25,945 nucleotides of DNA from positions 1 to 25,945 of the IMG/VR virus record IMGVR_UViG_3300010376_000120; one strand, given 5' to 3'. Numbering within the stretch: position 1 is the stretch's first letter; each line of letters starts with the position of its first letter. Source of the DNA: a virus (lineage: Duplodnaviria > Caudoviricetes). Below the pieces are notes generated by a model that searched no databases, was not told where the DNA came from, and was given only the letters and a program-made list of their open reading frames with translations. Below are positions 17,647 to 24,821 of this stretch, piece by piece. The position numbers and the translations under genes were made by a program.

Positions 17647-18398
17647 GGTGTGCTCCATTGCTGGTAGGAGTTGATTACTAGCGGGGTGCTGGTGCCGGAG
17701 GTGTCGAACATGACGAGCAGCGGCGTGGGCTCGCCGTTGGCGACGTCGGTGGGGAAGCTGGCTTCTTTGACGCCCTGGTAGTAGATGTCGCAGCCGCCGT
17801 CGGGGCGGCGGACGATCGTCACCGTGTACGTGCCAGCGGTGTGCTCGAGGCAGCCGGATGCGTAGGCGTTGGTGGCACCGTGGGCGTGGTAGAAGATTTC
17901 CCAGCAGCCCGAGTTGGGTGCCTCAGCAGCGTCGATTTCACCGTTGGCTGTCCACGCGCCGGCGCCCTGGACGTTGGAGAAGCCGGACATCCAGAACGCA
18001 GGGTGGCCTGACAGGGTTGCGGTGGTGATGGTGGCCTGGTAGATGCCTGCCTTATAGGCGGCGGGGCTGCCGAGGTCTGCGCATCCGCCTGTGGTGGTGC
18101 CTGTGAGTACGGCGTTGGTTCCTGCGGGGGCGACGTGTCCGCCGCCGCACCACGTGTTGACGGGGTCAGCGTGCCAGGCGGCGTACAGTTCGGCGCCCGT
18201 GTAGTTGGTGATGAGTGCGCCGACCTGGTCTGCGGGGACACCGAGCGGCATCGGCTGCGTTGGTGTCGGCGATGGTGACGGGCTCGGGCTGGGGCAGTCG
18301 AGTGGTGTGAACGCGCCTGTGGTGGTGAAGAACAGGAACGCCGCCACACCGGCAGCGGCGGCGACGAGCAGCCACCTCGAGCGCAGAACCCGGATCAT
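17643..18398 (-). CDS. Exported/anchored GH16-like glycoside hydrolase
   Basis: N-terminal signal/TM, (PS)n linker, HPAFWM...W...GEIDAAE matching the GH16 ExDxxE catalytic motif, then YTVTI and IYYQG. Confidence 0.7.
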   Translation of the reverse strand: MIRVLRSRWLLVAAAAGVAAFLFFTTTGAFTPLDCPSPSPSPSPTPTQPMPLGVPADQVGALITNYTGAELYAAWHADPVNTWCGGGHVAPAGTNAVLTGTTTGGCADLGSPAAYKAGIYQATITTATLSGHPAFWMSGFSNVQGAGAWTANGEIDAAEAPNSGCWEIFYHAHGATNAYASGCLEHTAGTYTVTIVRRPDGGCDIYYQGVKEASFPTDVANGEPTPLLVMFDTSGTSTPLVINSYQQWSTP

Positions 18399-18847
18399 GC
18401 AACCTCCCACAACGTTCGTGCCACTGACAGATACGAGCCGTTGTCACGGGGCCGTGATGGCGTGTCCCACCCTTTACGCGGCGGCCGCTCGGCGACGATG
18501 CGGAATCCGGCTCCGCGGAGGCTGGCACCTGATTCGCCGGCCTGGTTGTAGGTGATGAGACGCCGGTATCCGAGGGCGAACGCGGCCCGCGCAGCTGCGC
18601 CGTACAGCATCGAGTTGGCGTTGGGGTAGCCGTCGGTGACTGTGCGGGTCACTTCAAGGGTGAGCCCGTTGTCGAACGCGGAGGATACGGGGCGGCCGAC
18701 GATGGCGACACCGATAAGGACGTCGTTGTCGGTGGCTACCCCGGTGGAGAATTTGTGGCCGGGTGGCGGTGTGGGGTGGGTGCGGTGCCAGCCGCCGCAG
18801 AACTCGCGGGCGGTTTCCCACGACACTGGGACGAGGCGCAACGTCAT
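18395..18847 (-). CDS. Mom-like GNAT-fold protein (XF1762-like)
   Basis: AREFC..WHRTH..PPGHKFS, GVAIVGRPVS, LEVTRT.TDG..NANSMLYGAAARAA.ALGY.RLITY...ESGASLRGAGF; GGAGG RBS. Confidence 0.8.
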   Translation of the reverse strand: MTLRLVPVSWETAREFCGGWHRTHPTPPPGHKFSTGVATDNDVLIGVAIVGRPVSSAFDNGLTLEVTRTVTDGYPNANSMLYGAAARAAFALGYRRLITYNQAGESGASLRGAGFRIVAERPPRKGWDTPSRPRDNGSYLSVARTLWEVA

Positions 18848-18851
18848 CGGC

Positions 18852-19097
18852 TCACCTCCACACATGGTCGACGATGTGGGGCCAGAGCCAGAAGAACAGG
18901 CCGAACAAGGCGACGGCGATGATGCCGCGGACGATGGTGACGTGGCCGCCGAATGGCTGCTCGAGCCGCCAGAACTGGGCGGACAGGGTGTCGTTGGGCC
19001 GGTGGGTGACGAGCGCCCATGTTTCGGGGACACCGAACATGAGGACGATCCACGCCAGCCAGTAGAGGGACATCCAGTTCCACCGGCCGAACATCAC
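18852..19097 (-). CDS. Trp-rich two-TM membrane protein
   Basis: YWLAWIVLMFGVPETWAL...DTLS...LFFWLWPH; GTGA overlap. Confidence 0.7.
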   Translation of the reverse strand: MMFGRWNWMSLYWLAWIVLMFGVPETWALVTHRPNDTLSAQFWRLEQPFGGHVTIVRGIIAVALFGLFFWLWPHIVDHVWR

Positions 19098-19189
19098 CGG
19101 GCCCGCTTCCAGGGTGCCCATGCGAGGAGGGCGACGAACCCTGCCCAGGCGAGGGCGGGGAGTATGGGTGACCAGATGAGGGTGTGCAT
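19094..19189 (-). CDS. 31-aa single-TM peptide
   Basis: MHTLIWSPILPALAWAGFVALLAWAPWKRAR; TAATG coupling. Confidence 0.55.
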   Translation of the reverse strand: MHTLIWSPILPALAWAGFVALLAWAPWKRAR

Positions 19190-19278
19190 TAGCGTCTCAT
19201 CAGCGCTAGGCCGATGGTGCCGGCGAGGAATATGCCGGCGCAGACAGCGCCGTACACGACTGCGCCGGTGACGCTCAT
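19189..19278 (-). CDS. 29-aa single-TM peptide
   Basis: MSVTGAVVYGAVCAGIFLAGTIGLALMRR; GAGG RBS and ATGA overlap. Confidence 0.6.
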   Translation of the reverse strand: MSVTGAVVYGAVCAGIFLAGTIGLALMRR

Positions 19279-19490
19279 TTGGCACCTCGCGCTGCGCTGC
19301 GGAAGGGATAGTCGCGGCGGCAGGTCCTGTGTTCGCGGAGGGGGTGCATACCGCCGCAGTTGTCACACCAGAACGGTTTCGCCGCGACTGATTCGTACAG
19401 TGGCAGGTTCGGGCGGATGTCTACCCGGCGGTTACCTGATCGCATGAATCCGCCGTGCAGTCCGCTGCCCTGCCATTCGTAGCCGCTCAT
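19275..19490 (-). CDS. Small zinc-binding protein
   Basis: WCDNCGGMH...H..C; ATGA overlap. Confidence 0.6.
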   Translation of the reverse strand: MSGYEWQGSGLHGGFMRSGNRRVDIRPNLPLYESVAAKPFWCDNCGGMHPLREHRTCRRDYPFRSAARGAK

Positions 19491-20203
19491 TGGAGCTGGT
19501 TGAGGTCGGCTTGCAGCTGGGTGTAGTTGATGCCGCGGCCGTCACCCTGGGTGAGTTCGCCGGTGAGGACAACCCACGCCTCGTCCATCATCGCGACGTA
19601 GGCGGCCCAGGCGACGGGCTGGAGTTTCCCCCACGTGATGACGGTGGCGCGGTGGGATCCGTATGCGGTGGCGGGTACGCAGTGAAGGCCGACGGTCTGG
19701 GAGTTGAGGGATTCGAGGGTCCAGTCTTCGCCGGCGGCGTATTCGTCTTCCATGCGGGCTGTGACGCGGATGCCGGTGTAGGCGAAGTCGAAGAGTGCGA
19801 TGGCCTGCCGCATTTCGGTCACGCTGGTGTGGTTGACGGGGGCGTAGGCGGAGATTTTCTCGCCGTAGTAGCCGTGTTGCCGGGTGTAGCCGAGGAAGTC
19901 GGAGAGGACGACACCTGTGTCTTGGCCGCCGGTGTAGGCGAGGTAGTAGTCGACGGCCTGGGTGGCGGACGGGGGGGCGTTGACGATGCCGTGGGCGACG
20001 AGGGCTTGTGCTTCGAGTCCGTGTTCGAGGCCTGCTACGCCGCAGTCGCCGTATTGGTCGTTGCCGAGCATGCCCCATGCGTAGTGTTCGCCGGGTACGC
20101 GCACGAAGGCTGGCGGGTCTGCCAGCTGGCCTGCGACGTAGTGGGTGAGGGTTTTGAGCTGGCCGGGGAATTGTGCGGGAAGCCGCCCGTATTTGCGGGT
20201 CAC
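19487..20203 (-). CDS. Papain-like (C1-related) cysteine peptidase
   Basis: Probable GTG start (TRKYGRLPA). MLGNDQYGDCGVAG, GGQDTG, LHCV..TAY, ITWG, DEAW. Confidence 0.7.
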   Translation of the reverse strand: MTRKYGRLPAQFPGQLKTLTHYVAGQLADPPAFVRVPGEHYAWGMLGNDQYGDCGVAGLEHGLEAQALVAHGIVNAPPSATQAVDYYLAYTGGQDTGVVLSDFLGYTRQHGYYGEKISAYAPVNHTSVTEMRQAIALFDFAYTGIRVTARMEDEYAAGEDWTLESLNSQTVGLHCVPATAYGSHRATVITWGKLQPVAWAAYVAMMDEAWVVLTGELTQGDGRGINYTQLQADLNQLQ

Positions 20204-20356
20204 GTTGCCTGCCAGGGGTTGTGGGTTACACGCTCGCTGTGTGTTGCACAAACATGGTAGCGGTTGGCGGGCGCGGGGGCGTGTTACCACCTTGGGGTTT
20301 TGCTGCTGGGGTCTGTCACTGGGTTGTGTTGAGCTCGGGGTGTTGGTTGTTTCGGG

Positions 20357-20592
20357 CCAACTGCTGGGCGACGGAGTCGCCAGCAGTTGGGTCTGGGGGT
20401 TTGGGGGTGGAACCCCCAAAGTCTTAGCGGAACTTCGTTCCGCCAGGGGCAGGGTGTGCCCGGCCGGTCGCTGTGCAGTTTTGGGGTGGAGGCATGCCAA
20501 ACACAATGTGTGGCGTTCGGGATGCCTTTCCGTTACACTCAGGGACGTCGTCTGGTAAGCGGCTATGTTACTCCCAACTGTTGGGGGTAGCA
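20357..20592. repeat. Cluster of inverted repeats in non-coding gap
   Basis: Hairpins at 20357-20390, 20400-20420, 20427-20443 and 20566-20592. Confidence 0.7.
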
Positions 20593-20593
20593 C

Positions 20594-20629
20594 AAGACCC
20601 CCCGCTCGAGGAATCTCGCGGGGGGTCTT
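20594..20629 (-). terminator. Probable terminator hairpin of early operon
   Basis: 12-bp arms AAGACCCCCCGC/GCGGGGGGTCTT, starting 14 nt after the MT-A70 stop; weak U tract. Confidence 0.6.
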
Positions 20630-20642
20630 CGTCTGTGCCAGG

Positions 20643-21272
20643 TCAGTCGTCGAAAAGCACATACTGCCCGTCGTCGAACGGTTCCCGCGGTGGCGGTGGC
20701 GTGTGATGCCGTTCGGTCAGCAGACGGTCAAGGCTGACCCGGATATCCTCACCTCTGGTGGACGGGCACTCATTGCCCACCGTCGTCCACCCATGCCGTT
20801 GCTGCCGGGCGAATACCTCTAGGTACGGGCCTGGGAATCCTCCGCGTTCCACCATTTCGTGGACGTGTTCCGGCTTGCGGCTATGTCCTAGTTCCTGCGT
20901 GAGTATGCCGACTAGGTTGCTTCTGTAGGACTTTCCACGTTTGGCGACGAGGATAGGTTCGGTGCATCCGCGGAACCAATACCCGACGCCGTAATGCAAC
21001 TGATTGCGGCCGTCGAGTTTCACCCACGGCAGGCCCGTGACGTACTGGAATCCCCAGGCGTCGACCACTTGCAGTGCATCGGGCACGAATGGCCAGGTTG
21101 TCCATAGGAACAACACTGACTCGTCGGTGGCGAGGTCGCCGATAGGCAGTGCGCACAACTCTTTGGTGGTGAGCGGGTTATATTCAGCGTCCGAGTAGCC
21201 AGACAGTTTGTGATGGCGTGAGGTCTTCTCATACGCCCAGGGTGGGTCAGCGACAATGGTCCCGAACGTCAT
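20643..21272 (-). CDS. MT-A70 family adenine methyltransferase
   Basis: IVADPPW, LFLWTT, AWGFQY, WVK, G.GYWFRGCTEPILVA, HSRKPE, YLEVFAR...GW..VGNE. Confidence 0.93.
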   Translation of the reverse strand: MTFGTIVADPPWAYEKTSRHHKLSGYSDAEYNPLTTKELCALPIGDLATDESVLFLWTTWPFVPDALQVVDAWGFQYVTGLPWVKLDGRNQLHYGVGYWFRGCTEPILVAKRGKSYRSNLVGILTQELGHSRKPEHVHEMVERGGFPGPYLEVFARQQRHGWTTVGNECPSTRGEDIRVSLDRLLTERHHTPPPPREPFDDGQYVLFDD

Positions 21273-21604
21273 GCCGGAACCCGCCATTCGAGAACGTGTC
21301 GCTTGTATGCCTCTTCTGCTCCTATCAGCGGAACATCGGCAAGCGCTTCCCAGACCATCTGGGCACCCTTGTGGCCCGGCTGATTGAATATCCGGTCCTC
21401 GTTGTCTGCGAAGAGTTCCGCCAGGAGCATCAAGTCGTACAGGGTTGGAGTCACCCAAGGAGGTGCCCAGATGTCTATGCGCTGGTCTGGCTCGTGCGGC
21501 CACGGCTTCACCTTCGAGCCGGGCATCTGCCGGACCCAAAGGCCCGAACTGGTTCTCTCGGCCTTGCCTAGCGGCCACTTCGACTCCCGTGATCTACTGT
21601 CCAC
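21269..21604 (-). CDS. Hypothetical protein
   Basis: GGAGG RBS before GTG at 21604; ATGA overlap with MT-A70. Confidence 0.65.
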   Translation of the reverse strand: MDSRSRESKWPLGKAERTSSGLWVRQMPGSKVKPWPHEPDQRIDIWAPPWVTPTLYDLMLLAELFADNEDRIFNQPGHKGAQMVWEALADVPLIGAEEAYKRHVLEWRVPA

Positions 21605-21679
21605 AGGCCGGTTCCTCCCGAGGTGAGGGTCCTGGTTTAGACCTGGGCTGAGCGGCAATCTCAGCCCAGGTCGCTTCCG

Positions 21680-21862
21680 TTATTTGTCGTTGGTCGGCGG
21701 CGGGGCTGGAGCGGGCACTCTCCCCGCCGCCGGGGTCTTGGGGTGGTGTTTCTCCGCCACGTGGGCGTCCCACCGGGTGCGGAGGATGTGACGGCTGTGA
21801 CGGTGACACCAGATGTACTGGGACCGGCCACCGTCGGCCGCGGTGAACGCCGGGTCGGTCAT
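21680..21862 (-). CDS. Small His-rich hypothetical protein
   Basis: WCHRH...WDAHVAEKH; ATGA overlap. Confidence 0.55.
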   Translation of the reverse strand: MTDPAFTAADGGRSQYIWCHRHSRHILRTRWDAHVAEKHHPKTPAAGRVPAPAPPPTNDK

Positions 21863-22053
21863 GCGGCACGTCCCAGGTCCCAGTATTGGGCGATGGTGAG
21901 CCCGAACTCGGCGGCCTCATCGCGGAGGGCGTTGTGGTAGCGGCCTGAGCAGCGGCAACGGCAGATGTCGTCCCGGGCTTTGACACAGTTCCAGTGGCAC
22001 TTGCCGGTGTCGACGGCTTCGAGCCAGTCCTCCGGCCAGGGGCGTCGGCTCAT
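21859..22053 (-). CDS. Small Cys-rich protein
   Basis: CHWNCVKA...CRCRCSGRYH; ATGA overlaps at both ends. Confidence 0.65.
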   Translation of the reverse strand: MSRRPWPEDWLEAVDTGKCHWNCVKARDDICRCRCSGRYHNALRDEAAEFGLTIAQYWDLGRAA

Positions 22054-22196
22054 TGGAACGCCCAGTCGTCGGAGTCGTCGTCGTCCACGTCCACATGGCA
22101 ATGGCACATGCAGGCGTCTTCGCGGACGTAGTCGTCACGGTCGGGGCAGTCCTGGCAGCGGCCCCACTGACACGCCAGGGACAGTTCCTCAGTCAC
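22050..22196 (-). CDS. Small Cys-rich acidic protein
   Basis: GGAGG RBS; LSLACQWGRCQDC...CMCHCH. Confidence 0.6.
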   Translation of the reverse strand: MTEELSLACQWGRCQDCPDRDDYVREDACMCHCHVDVDDDDSDDWAFQ

Positions 22197-23091
22197 CGGA
22201 TGCCTCCTCGTGGTCGAGTAGCCGGTCAAGCGCGGCCCGGTCCTTACACCCCGCCAGCGCTGCTTTGACCCGCACACCTTCCGCGGCGGTGAGGTCGTTG
22301 GTCGACCCGATCGTGCCGGTGCGTCCGGCGAGCTGGGCGGTTATCTGGAGTCGTGCGTCCCTCCACTGGTCGCCGGGGTAGCCGAGCCGTCCGAGGTGCA
22401 TGACGATGGCCTGGGCGGTGTCCTGCGCCGGCCGTGGCCTGGGCAGGGGCTGGGGGGGATCGGCGTACCACGGGTCGTCGTCGGGGGTCTGGTCGAGCCG
22501 GTCAGCTTTCCTGTCCTGCGCCTGCGTGTCCTTGGCGAGCCGGTTGTGTTCGCGTAGCTGCGCGTCGGTCATCTGCCCCGTGGCGGCGAGTTCGGCGTCG
22601 GTGGTCCGCGACCGGCTTACCGACCCGTCGGTGTTCCGCGGCAACTCGTCCTTGCTGCGTGGTGGTGGCTTCTGCCTGCCCGGCTTCGCGCCCTGTTCCG
22701 CGGCGCGGCCGTCGTCGTCTTCGTCGGCGACAATCCCTGTCACCGCGGCAAGGCAGTACCGGCGGGCGTAGGTGATCGCCGACCCGAGTTGCTGCGGACT
22801 GCCGGTGCCGAGGGGGTATTCGCCGTCGATGCTGGTTCCCGAGCTCGCGTGGCGCAGCGAGTAGAAGAGCACGAACTCGCGGACGTCGGGGGGGAAACGG
22901 AGCAGCGTCGGCCGGGTGGTCCACGCCAGGCCGCGTTTCGACATGAGGGGGAACAGTTCCCGGCAGATGTCGGCCAGGTCGGCGTATTTGGTGGGCCTGC
23001 CGCCGGCGTTGCCTGTGGTGGCTTTGGTGATGACGGGCAGGACGCCTTGCAGGTCGGCGAGAGCATCGTCAACGTTCTTAAAGTCGCTCAT
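22189..23091 (-). CDS. erf: ERF family single-strand annealing protein
   Basis: KYADLADI and QQLGSAITYARRY.L.A.TGIVADEDDDG signature. Confidence 0.93.
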   Translation of the reverse strand: MSDFKNVDDALADLQGVLPVITKATTGNAGGRPTKYADLADICRELFPLMSKRGLAWTTRPTLLRFPPDVREFVLFYSLRHASSGTSIDGEYPLGTGSPQQLGSAITYARRYCLAAVTGIVADEDDDGRAAEQGAKPGRQKPPPRSKDELPRNTDGSVSRSRTTDAELAATGQMTDAQLREHNRLAKDTQAQDRKADRLDQTPDDDPWYADPPQPLPRPRPAQDTAQAIVMHLGRLGYPGDQWRDARLQITAQLAGRTGTIGSTNDLTAAEGVRVKAALAGCKDRAALDRLLDHEEASGD

Positions 23092-23696
23092 ATGAATGTC
23101 TGCGCCCCGTTCCGGTCTAGTTCGTCAAGCCACCCGAGTAGCCGTGGCAGGTTTTTGTCGGGGCCGTAACGCAGGTATCCGCCGTCGGCGGAGTCGCAGC
23201 CCATGCCGTGTGCCTGGCGGATGCGGGTGAGGCTGTTGCACCGGCCCCAGTGGACGTGTTTGCCGCGGGCGCGTGCCTGACGGGTGTAGTCGGCTGCGAT
23301 GACACCCCATTTGAATTCCATGCTGCCGGCGATGAACAGGACGTCGAAGTCGTCCCACGGGAGCCGGCAGTCGTCCTGGAGTGCGAGCGCTGCGGGGTAT
23401 CCCATTCGCCGGATGTGGTAAAGCCACGGCCGGGACAGGCGCAATGTGGCGGCCATGTCGAATGGGACGTCGGGGGCGACAGCGAATGCGCATGTCTGGG
23501 CGTAGGGGCGGTAGGAGGCAAGCCACGCTTCGTAGCGGAGGGGGCCGGGCCAGCCTTTGCCGAACCGTCCGTTGTCAGCGCACCATGGTGCGCCGGGGGG
23601 AATTGTGTTTCCCTGCCCTGGGGTGATGATGCAGCCGATACGTCCGGCGGACATGTGGTCACGCGCCGCTTTCACGGGGTTGGCGTAGTACAGCAC
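23088..23696 (-). CDS. Short TGT/DpdA-like base-exchange transglycosylase
   Basis: WCADNGRF (cf. DSGGF), VAPDVPFD, ALQD, LFIAGS, HVHWG (cf. HxLG), CDSADG (cf. DS.DSS). Overlaps a YhhQ-like gene. Confidence 0.7.
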   Translation of the reverse strand: MLYYANPVKAARDHMSAGRIGCIITPGQGNTIPPGAPWCADNGRFGKGWPGPLRYEAWLASYRPYAQTCAFAVAPDVPFDMAATLRLSRPWLYHIRRMGYPAALALQDDCRLPWDDFDVLFIAGSMEFKWGVIAADYTRQARARGKHVHWGRCNSLTRIRQAHGMGCDSADGGYLRYGPDKNLPRLLGWLDELDRNGAQTFI

Positions 23697-24210
23697 GGCG
23701 TATCACCACCCCGAGCGCGACGACACCGGCGGTGACGTATGCCTTGCCGAGGAGCTGACCGCCGAACGTGGCCGTGGTGACGGGGAACCCGGCGAGAGTG
23801 AGGAACAGGAACGTGTCCGCGGCGATGCCGGTCGTGTTCGCAGCGCCGACAACCAGGGACCAGCGGCCGGTTCCCCAGCCGGTCCGGCGGCGCAGCGGCG
23901 TGTACACGGCGAACTCGAGGGATTCGCCGATGAGGAATGTGGCACCGGACGCGAACGCGATCTGGTGGCTGGATGTGGCATACGAGAGGGCAGCTCCGGC
24001 TGTGATCGCGGCGAGGACCGCCCAGCGGCCTAGTGCGTCCTGGAGGAAGTCGCGGGTCATGATCGCGCCGCCTGCGGCGAACGTTCCGGCGGTGGTGAGA
24101 TAGCCGAACCCGGCGGCGATGAGCCCGTATCGGGTGGTGAGCCAGTTCGCCGCCCAGATCGAGGTGATGTAGGTGGCGAGGAGTGCGATGCCGGTGGTGC
24201 GTCTAGTCAT
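23659..24210 (-). CDS. yhhQ: Vut/YhhQ family queuosine-precursor transporter
   Basis: Multi-TM protein: IWAANWL, AGTF.AG...RDFLQ..LG, IAFAS..TFLIGESLEFAVYTPLR, DTFLFL.LAG, GQLLGK. Confidence 0.85.
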   Translation of the reverse strand: MTRRTTGIALLATYITSIWAANWLTTRYGLIAAGFGYLTTAGTFAAGGAIMTRDFLQDALGRWAVLAAITAGAALSYATSSHQIAFASGATFLIGESLEFAVYTPLRRRTGWGTGRWSLVVGAANTTGIAADTFLFLTLAGFPVTTATFGGQLLGKAYVTAGVVALGVVIRRAVLRQPRESGA

Positions 24211-24355
24211 CGTCGTCGTCCTTGTCCTGGACGAAGATCGCCCACGCGTAGGGGGTGTACAGCTGGCAGGCTGTGCAGTAGAACCCGTCGGGTTCGGTTT
24301 CGACGTCGCCGTAACAGTCACGGCACACGGGGATGTCGCGGACGCGGGCGGTCAC
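24203..24355 (-). CDS. Small zinc-ribbon protein
   Basis: CRDC...YCTAC with acidic tail; GTGA overlap. Confidence 0.6.
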   Translation of the reverse strand: MTARVRDIPVCRDCYGDVETEPDGFYCTACQLYTPYAWAIFVQDKDDDDD

Positions 24356-24660
24356 CGGTCTTCGTCTTCGGTTGCGTGGCGGAGGTTCGACCATTCGGAG
24401 TGGGCGTACTGGGCGAGTATCCTGCGGTGTTCGGCGCGGATCTGTGCTTCCTGGGCGCGGCGCAGAATGTTCGCCTGCACGTCGGGGTCGGTGCGCCGGG
24501 CGAGCCGGGTTTCGCGTCGGTGCAGCCAGCCGAGCCAGGGCAGGGTGCCGATGAGGAGGAGTCCTTGCGGCTGCCCGGCTGCGGTGAGGAGGATTGCAAC
24601 GGCGAATGCGATCCACGCGCCGGCGTGGTAGACGAACGCCGCGGCCCGGTGGCCGTTCAT
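24352..24660 (-). CDS. Two-TM membrane protein
   Basis: MNGHRAAAFVYHAGAWIAFAVAILL...; ATGA overlap. Confidence 0.6.
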   Translation of the reverse strand: MNGHRAAAFVYHAGAWIAFAVAILLTAAGQPQGLLLIGTLPWLGWLHRRETRLARRTDPDVQANILRRAQEAQIRAEHRRILAQYAHSEWSNLRHATEDEDR

Positions 24661-24821
24661 GGCCTGCGTCCTTCGTCGATGTGCCAGGGGCAGCCCCGTA
24701 CCCAGTGGGTGCGGACCCACCGGGGGGGGCGGGTGGAGTGCTGGTTGACTGGCTGGGAGTAATGCCAGGTGCATATGCAGTTGCGGGGGATGTCGCGGGT
24801 TGCGGTGTCGTCGCGGGTCAT
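24657..24821 (-). CDS. Small Cys/His protein
   Basis: RDIPRNCICTWH...WVR...CPWH; ATGA overlaps at both ends. Confidence 0.6.
   Translation of the reverse strand: MTRDDTATRDIPRNCICTWHYSQPVNQHSTRPPRWVRTHWVRGCPWHIDEGRRP

Noticed and set aside
20340-20640. Possible tRNA or CRISPR array
   Set aside because: No cloverleaf or T-loop consensus, and no regularly spaced identical repeats.
20204-20662. N-terminal 153 codons of ORF 19487..20662
   Set aside because: Runs through the hairpin-rich gap with low-complexity P/T/Q translation; the recognisable protein begins at about 20203.
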